Origin: Kiritimatiellia bacterium
GTDB taxonomy: Bacteria; Verrucomicrobiota; Kiritimatiellia; CAIVKH01
Direction: 5' to 3'
DNA length: 64,000 nt
Assembly: GCA_027493775.1 (NCBI GenBank)
Contig: JAOSKE010000001.1
Coordinates: 741,651 to 805,650, forward strand
The position numbers and the translations under genes were made by a program. Below are positions 23,515 to 31,683 of the stretch, piece after piece (the first letter of the stretch is position 1; the number at the start of each line of letters is the position of its first letter). The notes under the pieces were generated by a model. That model had not been told where the DNA came from. It did no database searches and saw only the letters and a program-made list of their open reading frames with translations.

Positions 23515-23543
23515 AGCATAGCAGTCGGGGGATTCTGGGGCAA
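23515..23543 (-). promoter_or_regulatory. Putative sigma70 promoter of nikR
   Basis: Minus strand TTGCCC-N17-TATGCT about 30 nt upstream of the ATG. Confidence 0.4.
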
Positions 23544-23808
23544 CCGCATCGGATCCCCCTCCAGCGCATGGTGCAGGACAGGATTTTGGGTGAGCTCGGA
23601 TTCCGAGCGCACATGGCGATGGAAACGGCTCCCACGCTCAGACTTTCGTTCGTGATGGTAGGGCCCGACCGCCCTCCATAGACGGGCAAGCTGAGGCAGG
23701 CCGGGGATTGTTGAGAACGTCAGGGCTGGAACCGACCCCCGCCGCCTCAAAGAAAATGTCCTACATCCCGACGCACATCATCCGTGAACACGCGATTGTC
23801 GCGCGGCT

Positions 23809-24875
23809 CTATTTTTTCCCGTTAATCCGTCCCTCGACCCACGACACCACCACACCGGCGGCGAGAATCACGAAAACGAGCCCGAGCAGATAAACGTTGA
23901 AGCTCTCGCCGACGGCGGCCTTGAGCTGCTTGGCAAACAGCATCTTGAGCCCGACAATCATCAGCACGAGAGAGAGCGAAAGCTTGAGGTACTTGAAGCG
24001 GTCAAGCATACCGGCAAGGGCAAAATAGAGCGAGCGCAGGCCGAGGATCGCGAACACGTTGCTGGTGAAGACGAGAAACGGGTCGGCGGTGATGGCGAAG
24101 ATCGCCGGAATGGAATCGACCGCGAACACGACATCAACCGTCTCGATCATAATCAGCGCGAGCGCGAGCGGGGTGAGAAACAGCGTTCCGAGCGCGGCCT
24201 TCTGCAACGCCGGGTCGGTTGCGGCATCAATCGAGCCGGGCATGACGCCTTCGCCGGCCGCAACGGAACCGGCGCGCACGGCGAAATGTTGTCCGTGATA
24301 ATGAGCGGTCACCGGCAGGAATTTTCGCGCGACGCGCACCATGATGTTGCGGTCCGGCTGAATCTTCTCCGCCCGGGCAAAGAGCATCTTGATGCCGGTG
24401 ATGACGAGAAACACGCCGAACACGTAGAGAATCCAGTGGAAGCGGGTGATCAGCACCGCGCCGACGCCAATCATCGCGCCGCGCAGAACGAGAGCGCCGA
24501 GCACGCCCCAGAAAAGAACGCGATGCTGATAGAGGGCGGGCACACCGAAGAAGCTGAAGATCATCGCAATGACGAAGATATTGTCCACGCTCAGCGACTT
24601 CTCGACCACATAGCCGGTGACATACTTGATCGCCGCCGTGCGGCCATTGTTGATCAAACCGTCCGAGGCATCCACCGCGCCCCCATGCCCAGCCAGTGGT
24701 TCTCATAGCCGAAGTACACGAAGATCGAAAACAACAGGCCCAGCGTCACCCAGACCGCCGACCAGCCGAGGGCTTCGCGGACCGACACCACATGCGCCTT
24801 GCGATGGAACACGCCCAAATCAAGCGCGAGCATCGCGAGCACAAAAAGAATGAAGGCGGACCAGATAACGAGCAT
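23809..24875 (-). CDS. TerC/Alx-family membrane protein; frameshift near 24680
   Basis: LALDLGVFHRKAH, EKSLSVDNIFV, QHRVLFWGVLGA, DVVFAVDSIPAIFAIT, TSNVFAILGLRSLYF. Confidence 0.92.
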
Positions 24876-24905
24876 GAAAAGTCTCCGTGACGCGGCTGTA
24901 TCTAG

Positions 24906-25395
24906 CCCGGATTATTCACGAAAAAACATGAAATACCGTTAAAATAATATTGGAAAACCTTTGCAACGTGCTATTGTTTAGATTGTTACAAAAAACCATA
25001 ACACAAGGTCTTCCAACGCCTGATACTTGCACAGACTGTCTTCTTTTTCCAGAACTTTTTCACAAGCCTCTTCACGTCAAATTCTCCGACCAGCGCCCCT
25101 CCAGTGATGGCGGCCTTTTGCTCCTCAAGGCGCGTGACCGAAAGATGAATCTTTGTCCGCGTTTGGCCGATGCCATCCTGGATCGCCGAGACGCCGCCAA
25201 GGTCGAACACTCGCTGCTCACCGGCTCATCCCCCGGATGGCTCCGCTATGCCAATGAGCGCTAGCAATCGCGAGAAAAGCCGTCTCCGGCCGCGCTTTGC
25301 CGAGCTTCAACACCGCGAAAACTTCAACTCCACAAAACTCACCTTTGCCATCCCGGAATTTATGCGCGTCCCAAGAGGTTCATGAATAATCCGGG
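24906..25395 (+). mobile_element. Internally deleted IS1380-family element (MITE-like)
   Basis: Ends CCCGGATTATTCACGA...CATGAATAATCCGGG; the first ~310 bp match 52393-52705 and then jump to the right-end region; flanks CTAG / ATAG. Confidence 0.88.
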
Positions 25396-25541
25396 ATAGT
25401 GCGCCGAAAAATCTTTACAACACCCCAGCCCTCCAAGACAATTCCACAACCGACAGTAGACGCATACGATCAGAGCAAGGAGCACACAAACACTCGCCCA
25501 CTCAATCGGATGTGATCCTAAACCACACTCGGAGGTGAACA

Positions 25542-26213
25542 ATGAACCGATGGAGACTGAAGCAGAAGGTTGTTTTGCTGGCCATACTCGGGTTGGCCGG
25601 AGGAACCGCACACCCTGTCTTGGCCGATCTGTTTCTCGTGGATTATACGGTAACCATCAACATTGAGGACGGCGGCACCGTCTTCGGTGAATCTGGTTCG
25701 GTTTTGTTGAATGCATCCTATCTATTGGACACGGATGCTGCGCCTGTCATTCTAATCTCGGCGGGAACGTCTTTCGGGGAGTTCACGTACCCTGTGGACT
25801 GGTATGGCTATGACGCCTCTGCAGTATCCGCGTTGACGGCATCTTTCGGGACGAAGACATGGGAGGTCGATGATATAGAGTTACTGATCCCGGAATTCGG
25901 CATCCAATCCCATGTCTGGTTCGATGCTCCGCTCGTTCATGGCGCAACCCCGAACACATGGCTCACCCTCTCGGACGATGACGGAGATATAACCTTTGGG
26001 GGTAGTTTATGCGGGTCACCCAATTGCGAACTACAGAAGGAGGCGATAATTATCGAAAACACGTTAAACGATGATTATGGATATGGATCGCCGCTCACTG
26101 TAACGATAACGGCCGTGCCAGAGCCGCGAACGATCTCGCTGCTGCTGGCTGCTACAGCATCGCTCTATCTTGCACGCCGGAAAACGAGCTGCCGGAACGC
26201 GAGTCAGACCTGA
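25542..26213 (+). CDS. PEP-CTERM sorting-domain protein
   Basis: Signal peptide, acidic body, C-terminal VPEPRTISLLLAATASLYLARRK; GGAGG RBS. Confidence 0.9.
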   Translation: MNRWRLKQKVVLLAILGLAGGTAHPVLADLFLVDYTVTINIEDGGTVFGESGSVLLNASYLLDTDAAPVILISAGTSFGEFTYPVDWYGYDASAVSALTASFGTKTWEVDDIELLIPEFGIQSHVWFDAPLVHGATPNTWLTLSDDDGDITFGGSLCGSPNCELQKEAIIIENTLNDDYGYGSPLTVTITAVPEPRTISLLLAATASLYLARRKTSCRNASQT

Positions 26214-26223
26214 ATGGCACTAA

Positions 26224-26378
26224 GAGCCTATCCGAAAATTCATCATTTGACAGTTTTCGTGCGCTGAGGTTGTCGAGGTCGGCGTTTCATCTGCAAGCAC
26301 GTCGTTGACAAGATCGTCCATTCGACGGTCTCGCCCTTCGTGAAGGCCAGCGCTTCGGCCAATGCGTTGAGCGCCATT
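26224..26378 (-). pseudogene. Remnant of another IS-like element: terminus plus 3' half of an AbrB-like small gene
   Basis: Minus strand NALAEALAFTKGETVEWTILSTTCLQMKRRPRQPQRTKTVK* resembles the IS1182 passenger (LAAAIGLGGGEEVEWELL); followed by an IR-like GAGCCTATCCGAAAA. Confidence 0.5.
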
Positions 26379-26393
26379 CGGGTCAGCCCTCAG

Positions 26394-26442
26394 CGGTCTA
26401 TTGGTTGTCTATTGCGGTCTATTGGGGTCGCGTCTAGACATT
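26394..26442 (+). repeat. Family-1 left end GGGGTCGCGTCTAGACATT preceded by three GTCTATTG microrepeats
   Basis: Direct reading; motif at 26424-26442. Confidence 0.85.
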
Positions 26443-26462
26443 TGGTTCCGCTGAAAAACCCC

Positions 26463-26666
26463 CTACTTGCGGATGCGCCCTTTTGGTTTGGCGGGCTGCG
26501 TTCGGATAAGGTGAAGTTCATGGCGGTCGAGTAGTTCCCACTCGACTTCTTCACCGCCCCCCAAGCCGATGGCGGCGGCCAGCGGAATGGGGATGTTGAC
26601 GTAAAGGCGAACCTTCACGCCCTTGGATCGAATAGCCTGCACTTTTAATGGATAAGTTGTTGTCAT
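26463..26666 (-). CDS. AbrB/MazE-like small DNA-binding protein carried by the IS
   Basis: 67 aa, LYVNIPIPLAAAIGLGGGEEVEWEL; conserved in copy 2 with mostly synonymous changes. Confidence 0.7.
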   Translation of the reverse strand: MTTTYPLKVQAIRSKGVKVRLYVNIPIPLAAAIGLGGGEEVEWELLDRHELHLIRTQPAKPKGRIRK

Positions 26667-26713
26667 TTCGATACGCTATCTGATAGACTAGCTATTAGCA
26701 AGAGGAAATTATC

Positions 26714-28366
26714 ATGAGTCTTCCGCCTGTCCAGCAACAACGAAGTCTCTTTGAGGTCAACGTGCAATTCGCGGGCCTGTTCAAGTCGGCGCCAGCGAAT
26801 CGCTTTGGCTTCTTCAGCGACACGATCATGCCGCAACTGCGCGAACTGCGCCCGCAACTTGAAGCGATGTATTGCGCGGACAATGGCCGCCCCGCCGAGG
26901 AACCCTCGCGGATGTTGGCCGTGTTGATCTTGCAATTCATGGAGGGACTGCCCGATCGCAAGGCGGTGGAGGCATGCACCTATGATCTGCGATGGAAGAT
27001 GGCGCTATGGATGGAAACGGATGAAGCGGCCTTTCACGCCACCAGCTTGGTGAAGTTTCGCAATCGGCTCCTGGAGCACAACCTCGTCGAGATCGGATTT
27101 GACGCCGTGCTCCAAGCCATGCGCAAGGCGGGTTATCTCAAGGCCCATAAAGCGCAGCGTCTGGACTCGACGCATGTCATCGGTTTGGTCAGCCACATGA
27201 GCCGATTGGAATGCGTTCGAGAGGCCATGCGGCTGGCGATGGAAGTATTGGCGGAGTTGCCCGAAAGCACACGTCCTGGATCATGGTCCCTGTGGTGGGA
27301 ACGGTATGTGCAGAGCGCCTTGGACTTCAAAACGGATGTAGAGACGCTCAAGCAGAAGATGACTCAGGCGGGCGAGGACGCCCGCGCGATCTTGGCATGG
27401 ATCGAGACGCAGGTTGATGCGGTCAAAAGCATGAAGTCGGTGAGTGTTTTACGGCGGGTGTACGAGGAAAACTTTCAACAAGAAGTGGGCGGTCAGACCG
27501 AGCAGACCCACTCGCGACCGTCCGGTGCGGTATATAATCCGCACGACCCGGATGCGCAGTGGAGCGCCAAGGGGACTATCGCTGGCAAGAACAAGGAGTG
27601 GGTGGGTTACAAAGCCCAAATCGCGGAGACTCTGCCAAGCGCGAAGCCGGAGATGAAGGCGCCCACCGACGCGGTAATCACCGCCATGGTCACCCAACCA
27701 GCCATAACGAGCGATCACGGATCGATCTCGGATGTGGAAGAGGAGTGGAAGCGCGAAGATTTGGACAAGCCGAAAGAGCTTTATGTGGATGGCGGCTATA
27801 TCTCCGGGGAGGCGCTGGCCGATGCGGGGCGTGAAGAGCGCGAGATTCATGGCCCCGTTCAACCGGCCCCGAAGCGCGGCGACCGCTTCAGCGCTGAGAG
27901 TTTTGACGTGGACATCGATCAGCGGGTGGCGATCTGCCCGGCCCGCCATGCCAGCACCAACTGCAGTCGCCTCGATGAAGTCAGTGGTAAGATCCACTAC
28001 CGCTTCGAATGGAATAACCATCTCTGCCAAGCGTGTGAGCTTCGCAGCCGTTGCCTGGGAGCCAACCAACGCCATCGGACGCTACTGGTGGGTCAGTATC
28101 ATTCACACATTCAGGCCCGTCGCCGCGAAATGAAAACGGGGGCGTTCAAAGAGCGGATGCACAAACGCAATGGGGTGGAAGGAACGATCAGCGAGCTAAA
28201 AAGAGGCTACGGACTGAGGCGGTGTCGGTATCGAGGGTTGATAAAAACCAGTTTGCAAAACTACCTCATTGGGGCCGCCTGCAACATCAAGCGGTGGGCC
28301 CGCCGCTTGGCCTGGGAAGCGCTTGGAAATGATGAGATCGGAATAGATCAAGCAGTCAGGGCGTAA
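26714..28366 (+). CDS. IS1182-family DDE transposase
   Basis: MYCADNGRPAEEP (DUF772-like), RLDSTHV, YVDGGY, CPARH...CQACELRSRC, RNGVEGTISELKR. Confidence 0.9.
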   Translation: MSLPPVQQQRSLFEVNVQFAGLFKSAPANRFGFFSDTIMPQLRELRPQLEAMYCADNGRPAEEPSRMLAVLILQFMEGLPDRKAVEACTYDLRWKMALWMETDEAAFHATSLVKFRNRLLEHNLVEIGFDAVLQAMRKAGYLKAHKAQRLDSTHVIGLVSHMSRLECVREAMRLAMEVLAELPESTRPGSWSLWWERYVQSALDFKTDVETLKQKMTQAGEDARAILAWIETQVDAVKSMKSVSVLRRVYEENFQQEVGGQTEQTHSRPSGAVYNPHDPDAQWSAKGTIAGKNKEWVGYKAQIAETLPSAKPEMKAPTDAVITAMVTQPAITSDHGSISDVEEEWKREDLDKPKELYVDGGYISGEALADAGREEREIHGPVQPAPKRGDRFSAESFDVDIDQRVAICPARHASTNCSRLDEVSGKIHYRFEWNNHLCQACELRSRCLGANQRHRTLLVGQYHSHIQARRREMKTGAFKERMHKRNGVEGTISELKRGYGLRRCRYRGLIKTSLQNYLIGAACNIKRWARRLAWEALGNDEIGIDQAVRA

Positions 28367-28550
28367 TACGCCATCCAAAAGAACGAAGGCGCGGGCAAAA
28401 ATGAGCAATCGAACGAATACAGTATGGCAATGCGCATGCCACCCCGCACGTTACGTATGTGTTGTGGCGAAGCGACTGCATATAAGAATGCAGGTCTGTA
28501 AGTTTTGTTGAGCGATGAGTTTTTTAAAGAGGGGTTTTTCAGCAGAACCG

Positions 28551-28599
28551 AATGTCTAGACTTGACCCCAACTGCTCCCCCAACTGCTCCCCAACTGCT
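28551..28599 (+). repeat. Family-1 right end AATGTCTAGACTTGACCCC followed by (AACTGCTCCCC)-type triplication
   Basis: Direct reading. Confidence 0.85.
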
Positions 28600-28600
28600 G

Positions 28601-28899
28601 GTTTGCAAAATTACCTCATTGGGGCTGCCTGCAACATCAAGCGGTGGGCCCGCTGCATGGCCTGGGAAGCGCTTGGAAATGATGAGATGGGAATAGATCA
28701 AGCAGTCAGGGCGTAATACGCCATCCAAAAGAACGAAGGCGCGGGCATAAATGAGCAATCGAACGACTACAGTATGGCAATGCGCATGCCACCCCGCACG
28801 TTACGTATGTGTTGTGGCGAAGCGACTGTATATAAGAATGCAGGCCTGTGAGCTTTTTTGAGCGATGAGATTTTTGAAAGAGGGTTTTTCAGCAGAACC
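28601..28899 (+). mobile_element. 3' fragment of the IS1182 element (transposase tail plus IRR)
   Basis: Slightly diverged copy of 28251-28549, starting right after the family-1 end. Confidence 0.88.
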
Positions 28900-28925
28900 G
28901 AATGTCGGTTCTGCTGAAAAACCCC

Positions 28926-29129
28926 CTACTTGCGGATGCGCCCTTTTGGTTTGGCGGGCTGCGTTCGGATAAGGTGAAGTTCATGGCGGTCGAGTAGTTC
29001 CCACTCGACCTCTTCACCGCCCGCCAAGCCGATGGCGGCGGCCAGCGGAATGGGGATGTTGACGTAAAGGCGGACTTTCACGCCCTTGGATCGAATGGCT
29101 TGCACTTTTAATGGATAAGTTGTTGTCAT
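28926..29129 (-). CDS. AbrB/MazE-like passenger, copy 2
   Basis: One amino acid different from 26463-26666. Confidence 0.7.
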   Translation of the reverse strand: MTTTYPLKVQAIRSKGVKVRLYVNIPIPLAAAIGLAGGEEVEWELLDRHELHLIRTQPAKPKGRIRK

Positions 29130-29176
29130 TTCGATACGCTATCTGATAGACTAGCTATTAGCAAGAGGAAATTATC

Positions 29177-30826
29177 ATGAGTCTTCCGCCTGTCCAGCAA
29201 CAACGAAGTCTCTTTGAGGTCAACGTGCAATTCGCGGGCCTGTTCACGTCAGCGCCAGCGGATCGCTTTCGCTTCTTCAGCGACACGATCATGCCGCAAC
29301 TGCGCGAACTGCGCCCGCAACTTGAAGCGATGTATTGCGCGGACAATGGCCGCCCCGCCGAGGAACCCTCGCGGATGTTGGCCGTGTTGATCTTGCAATT
29401 CATGGAGGGACTGCCTGATCGCAAGGCGGTGGAGGGATGCACCTATGATCTGCGATGGAAGATGGCGCTATGGATGGAAACGGATGAAGCGGCCTTTCAC
29501 GCCACCAGCTTGGTGAAGTTTCGCAATCGGCTCCTGGAGCACAACCTCGTCGAGATCGGATTTGACGCCGTGCTCCAAGCCATGCGCAAGGCGGGTTATC
29601 TCAAGGCCCATAAAGCGCAGCGTCTGGACTCGACGCATGTCATCGGTTTGGTCAGCCACATGAGCCGATTGGAATGCGTTCGAGAGGCCATGCGGCTGGC
29701 GATGGAAGTATTGGCAGAGTTGCCCGAAAGCACACGTCCTGGATCATGGTCCCTGTGGTGGGAACGGTATGTGCAGAGCGCCTTGGACTTCAAAACGGAT
29801 GTAGAGACGCTCAAGCAGAAGATGACTCAGGCGGGCGAGGACGCCCGCGCGATCTTGGCATGGATCGAGACGCAGGTTGATGCGGTCAAAAGCATGAAGT
29901 CGGTGAGTGTTTTACGGCGGGTGTACGAGGAAAACTTTCAAGAAGTGGGCGGTCAGACCGAGCAGACCCACTCGCGACCGTCCGGTGCGGTATATAATCC
30001 GCACGACCCGGATGCGCAGTGGAGCGCCAAGGGGACTATCGCTGGCAAGAACAAGGAGTGGGTGGGTTACAAAGCCCAAATCGCGGAGACTCTGCCAAGC
30101 GCGAAGCCGGAGATGAAGGCGCCCACCGACGCGGTAATCACCGCCATGGTCACCCAACCAGCCATAACGAGCGATCACGGATCGATCTCGGATGTGGAAG
30201 AGGAGTGGAAGCGCGAAGATTTGGACAAGCCGAAAGAGCTTTATGTGGATGGCGGCTATATCTCCGGGGAGGCGCTGGCCGATGCGGGGCGTGAAGAGCG
30301 CGAGATTCATGGTCCCGTTCAACCGGCCCCGAAGCGCGGCGACCGCTTCAGCGCTGAGAGCTTTGACGTGGACATCGATCAGCGGGTGGCGATCTGCCCG
30401 GCCCGCCATGCCAGCACCAACTGCAGTCGCCTCGATGAAGTCAGTGGTAAGATCCACTACCGCTTCGAATGGAATAACCATCTCTGCCAAGCGTGTGAGC
30501 TTCGCAGCCGTTGCCTGGGAGCCAACCAACTCCATCGGACGCTACTGGTGGGTCAGTATCATCCACACATTCAGGCCCGTCGCCGCGAAATGAAAACGGG
30601 GGCGTTCAAAGAGCGGATGCACAAACGCAATGGGGTGGAAGGAACGATCAGCGAGTTAAAAAGAGGCTACGGACTGAGGCGGTGTCGGTATCGAGGGTTG
30701 ATAAAAACCAGTTTGCAAAATTACCTCATTGGGGCCGCCTGCAACATCAAGCGGTGGGCCCGCCGCTTGGCCTGGGAAGCGCTTGGAAATGATGAGATCG
30801 GAATAGATCAAGCAGTCAGGGCGTAA
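29177..30826 (+). CDS. IS1182-family DDE transposase, copy 2
   Basis: 549 aa, nearly identical to 26714-28366. Confidence 0.9.
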   Translation: MSLPPVQQQRSLFEVNVQFAGLFTSAPADRFRFFSDTIMPQLRELRPQLEAMYCADNGRPAEEPSRMLAVLILQFMEGLPDRKAVEGCTYDLRWKMALWMETDEAAFHATSLVKFRNRLLEHNLVEIGFDAVLQAMRKAGYLKAHKAQRLDSTHVIGLVSHMSRLECVREAMRLAMEVLAELPESTRPGSWSLWWERYVQSALDFKTDVETLKQKMTQAGEDARAILAWIETQVDAVKSMKSVSVLRRVYEENFQEVGGQTEQTHSRPSGAVYNPHDPDAQWSAKGTIAGKNKEWVGYKAQIAETLPSAKPEMKAPTDAVITAMVTQPAITSDHGSISDVEEEWKREDLDKPKELYVDGGYISGEALADAGREEREIHGPVQPAPKRGDRFSAESFDVDIDQRVAICPARHASTNCSRLDEVSGKIHYRFEWNNHLCQACELRSRCLGANQLHRTLLVGQYHPHIQARRREMKTGAFKERMHKRNGVEGTISELKRGYGLRRCRYRGLIKTSLQNYLIGAACNIKRWARRLAWEALGNDEIGIDQAVRA

Positions 30827-31011
30827 TACGCCATCCAAAAGAACGAAGGCGCGGGCAAAAATGAGCAATCGAACGAATACAGTATGGCAATGCGCATGCC
30901 ACCTCGCACGTTAAGTATGTGTTGTGGCGAAGCGACTGCATATAAGAATGCAGGTCTGTGAGCTTTTTTGAGTGATGAGTTTTTTAAAAGAGGGGTTTTT
31001 CAGCAGAACCG

Positions 31012-31073
31012 AATGTCTAGACTTGACCCCAATTCCCCTACTGCCGCGACCCCAATTCCCCGCCAATTCCCCG
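31012..31073 (+). repeat. Family-1 right end followed by AATTCCCC microrepeats
   Basis: AATGTCTAGACTTGACCCC aattcccc...gacccc aattcccc gcc aattcccc. Confidence 0.85.
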
Positions 31074-31080
31074 CGTAGCA

Positions 31081-31136
31081 CGAGCGCCCGTCAGAACGCG
31101 AGTAGGTCCGAGGCCCGCACCAGTGGGCCGAGGTAA
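31081..31136. repeat. GC-rich hairpin repeat downstream of an immunity-like gene (copy 1)
   Basis: GCGAGTAGGTCCGAGGCCCGCACCAGTGGGCCGAGGTAA, homologous to 39330-39368. Confidence 0.65.
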
Positions 31137-31152
31137 CATGACATGCCAACGA

Positions 31153-31683
31153 TTACGGTTCAGCCGCAACAGCACCACGGTCAACGATGCTGACGTCAAC
31201 AGCGCTAAACTTCCACTGGCCGTTTGTCTCCACGACGCGGATATCGTACTTCTCGCGCACAGTCATCTTGCCCCGGGACGACACAACCACTGCAACGATC
31301 TGAGTAGGCGACTGATTGGGGAACGCTTGGAAGTCTTCCAGCTTGATGCTGTGGAAGCCCGCCCGTTCATGCGCAGCATTGAAATCACGGCCCCGAGATT
31401 CTGGAATGGCATCTTCGCGCTCAACACCCGCAATGGCTTTGCGCGCTTCGGGCGTCAGATAGAAAAGGTAATCCCGCAAATTCGCCTCCACGTTGCTCTT
31501 CAAGAACCCAAGGAACGTCTTTTGTGGGGTCGAACAGTCGCGATGCGGAAGAGTATTCGCCACCGCGCGCGAAAGCTCTTGTCCTTGAAGTGCTGCCAGC
31601 GAAGGAGACTCTTCGGGCGGGCCGCCATGCACAGACAACGCAAACGCGAGAAGAAGCGGAAATAGTGCTGTTGGCTTTACCAT
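31153..31683 (-). CDS. Secreted small protein, putative immunity/inhibitor partner of the upstream giant protein
   Basis: Signal peptide MVKPTALFPLLLAFALSVHG; TPQKTFLGFL...VVETNGQWKF (NTF2-like pattern); start overlaps the upstream stop. Confidence 0.6.
   Translation of the reverse strand: MVKPTALFPLLLAFALSVHGGPPEESPSLAALQGQELSRAVANTLPHRDCSTPQKTFLGFLKSNVEANLRDYLFYLTPEARKAIAGVEREDAIPESRGRDFNAAHERAGFHSIKLEDFQAFPNQSPTQIVAVVVSSRGKMTVREKYDIRVVETNGQWKFSAVDVSIVDRGAVAAEP

Larger units (their letters stand above)
26444..28549 (+). mobile_element. IS1182-family insertion sequence, copy 1, with divergent AbrB-like passenger gene
   Basis: IRL GGTTCCGCTGAAAAACCCC, IRR GGGGTTTTTCAGCAGAACC; no target duplication visible. 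Confidence 0.88.
28907..31010 (+). mobile_element. IS1182-family insertion sequence, copy 2
   Basis: IRL GGTTCTGCTGAAAAACCCC, IRR ending CAGCAGAACC at 31010; near-identical to copy 1. Confidence 0.9.

Noticed and set aside
1716..24875. Frameshifts in amidase, VanZ-like, feoB, TPR, greA, RluA, ArnT-like, barrel and terC genes as pseudogenes or programmed frameshifts
   Set aside because: Single-base indels, mostly in homopolymers, affect many unrelated housekeeping genes with no in-frame stop decay; long-read error is most likely. The same caveat applies to the teneurin-like and Y1 genes. Needs read polishing.
24876..25541. yybP-ykoY riboswitch upstream of terC
   Set aside because: No recognisable consensus on either side of the IS1380 MITE
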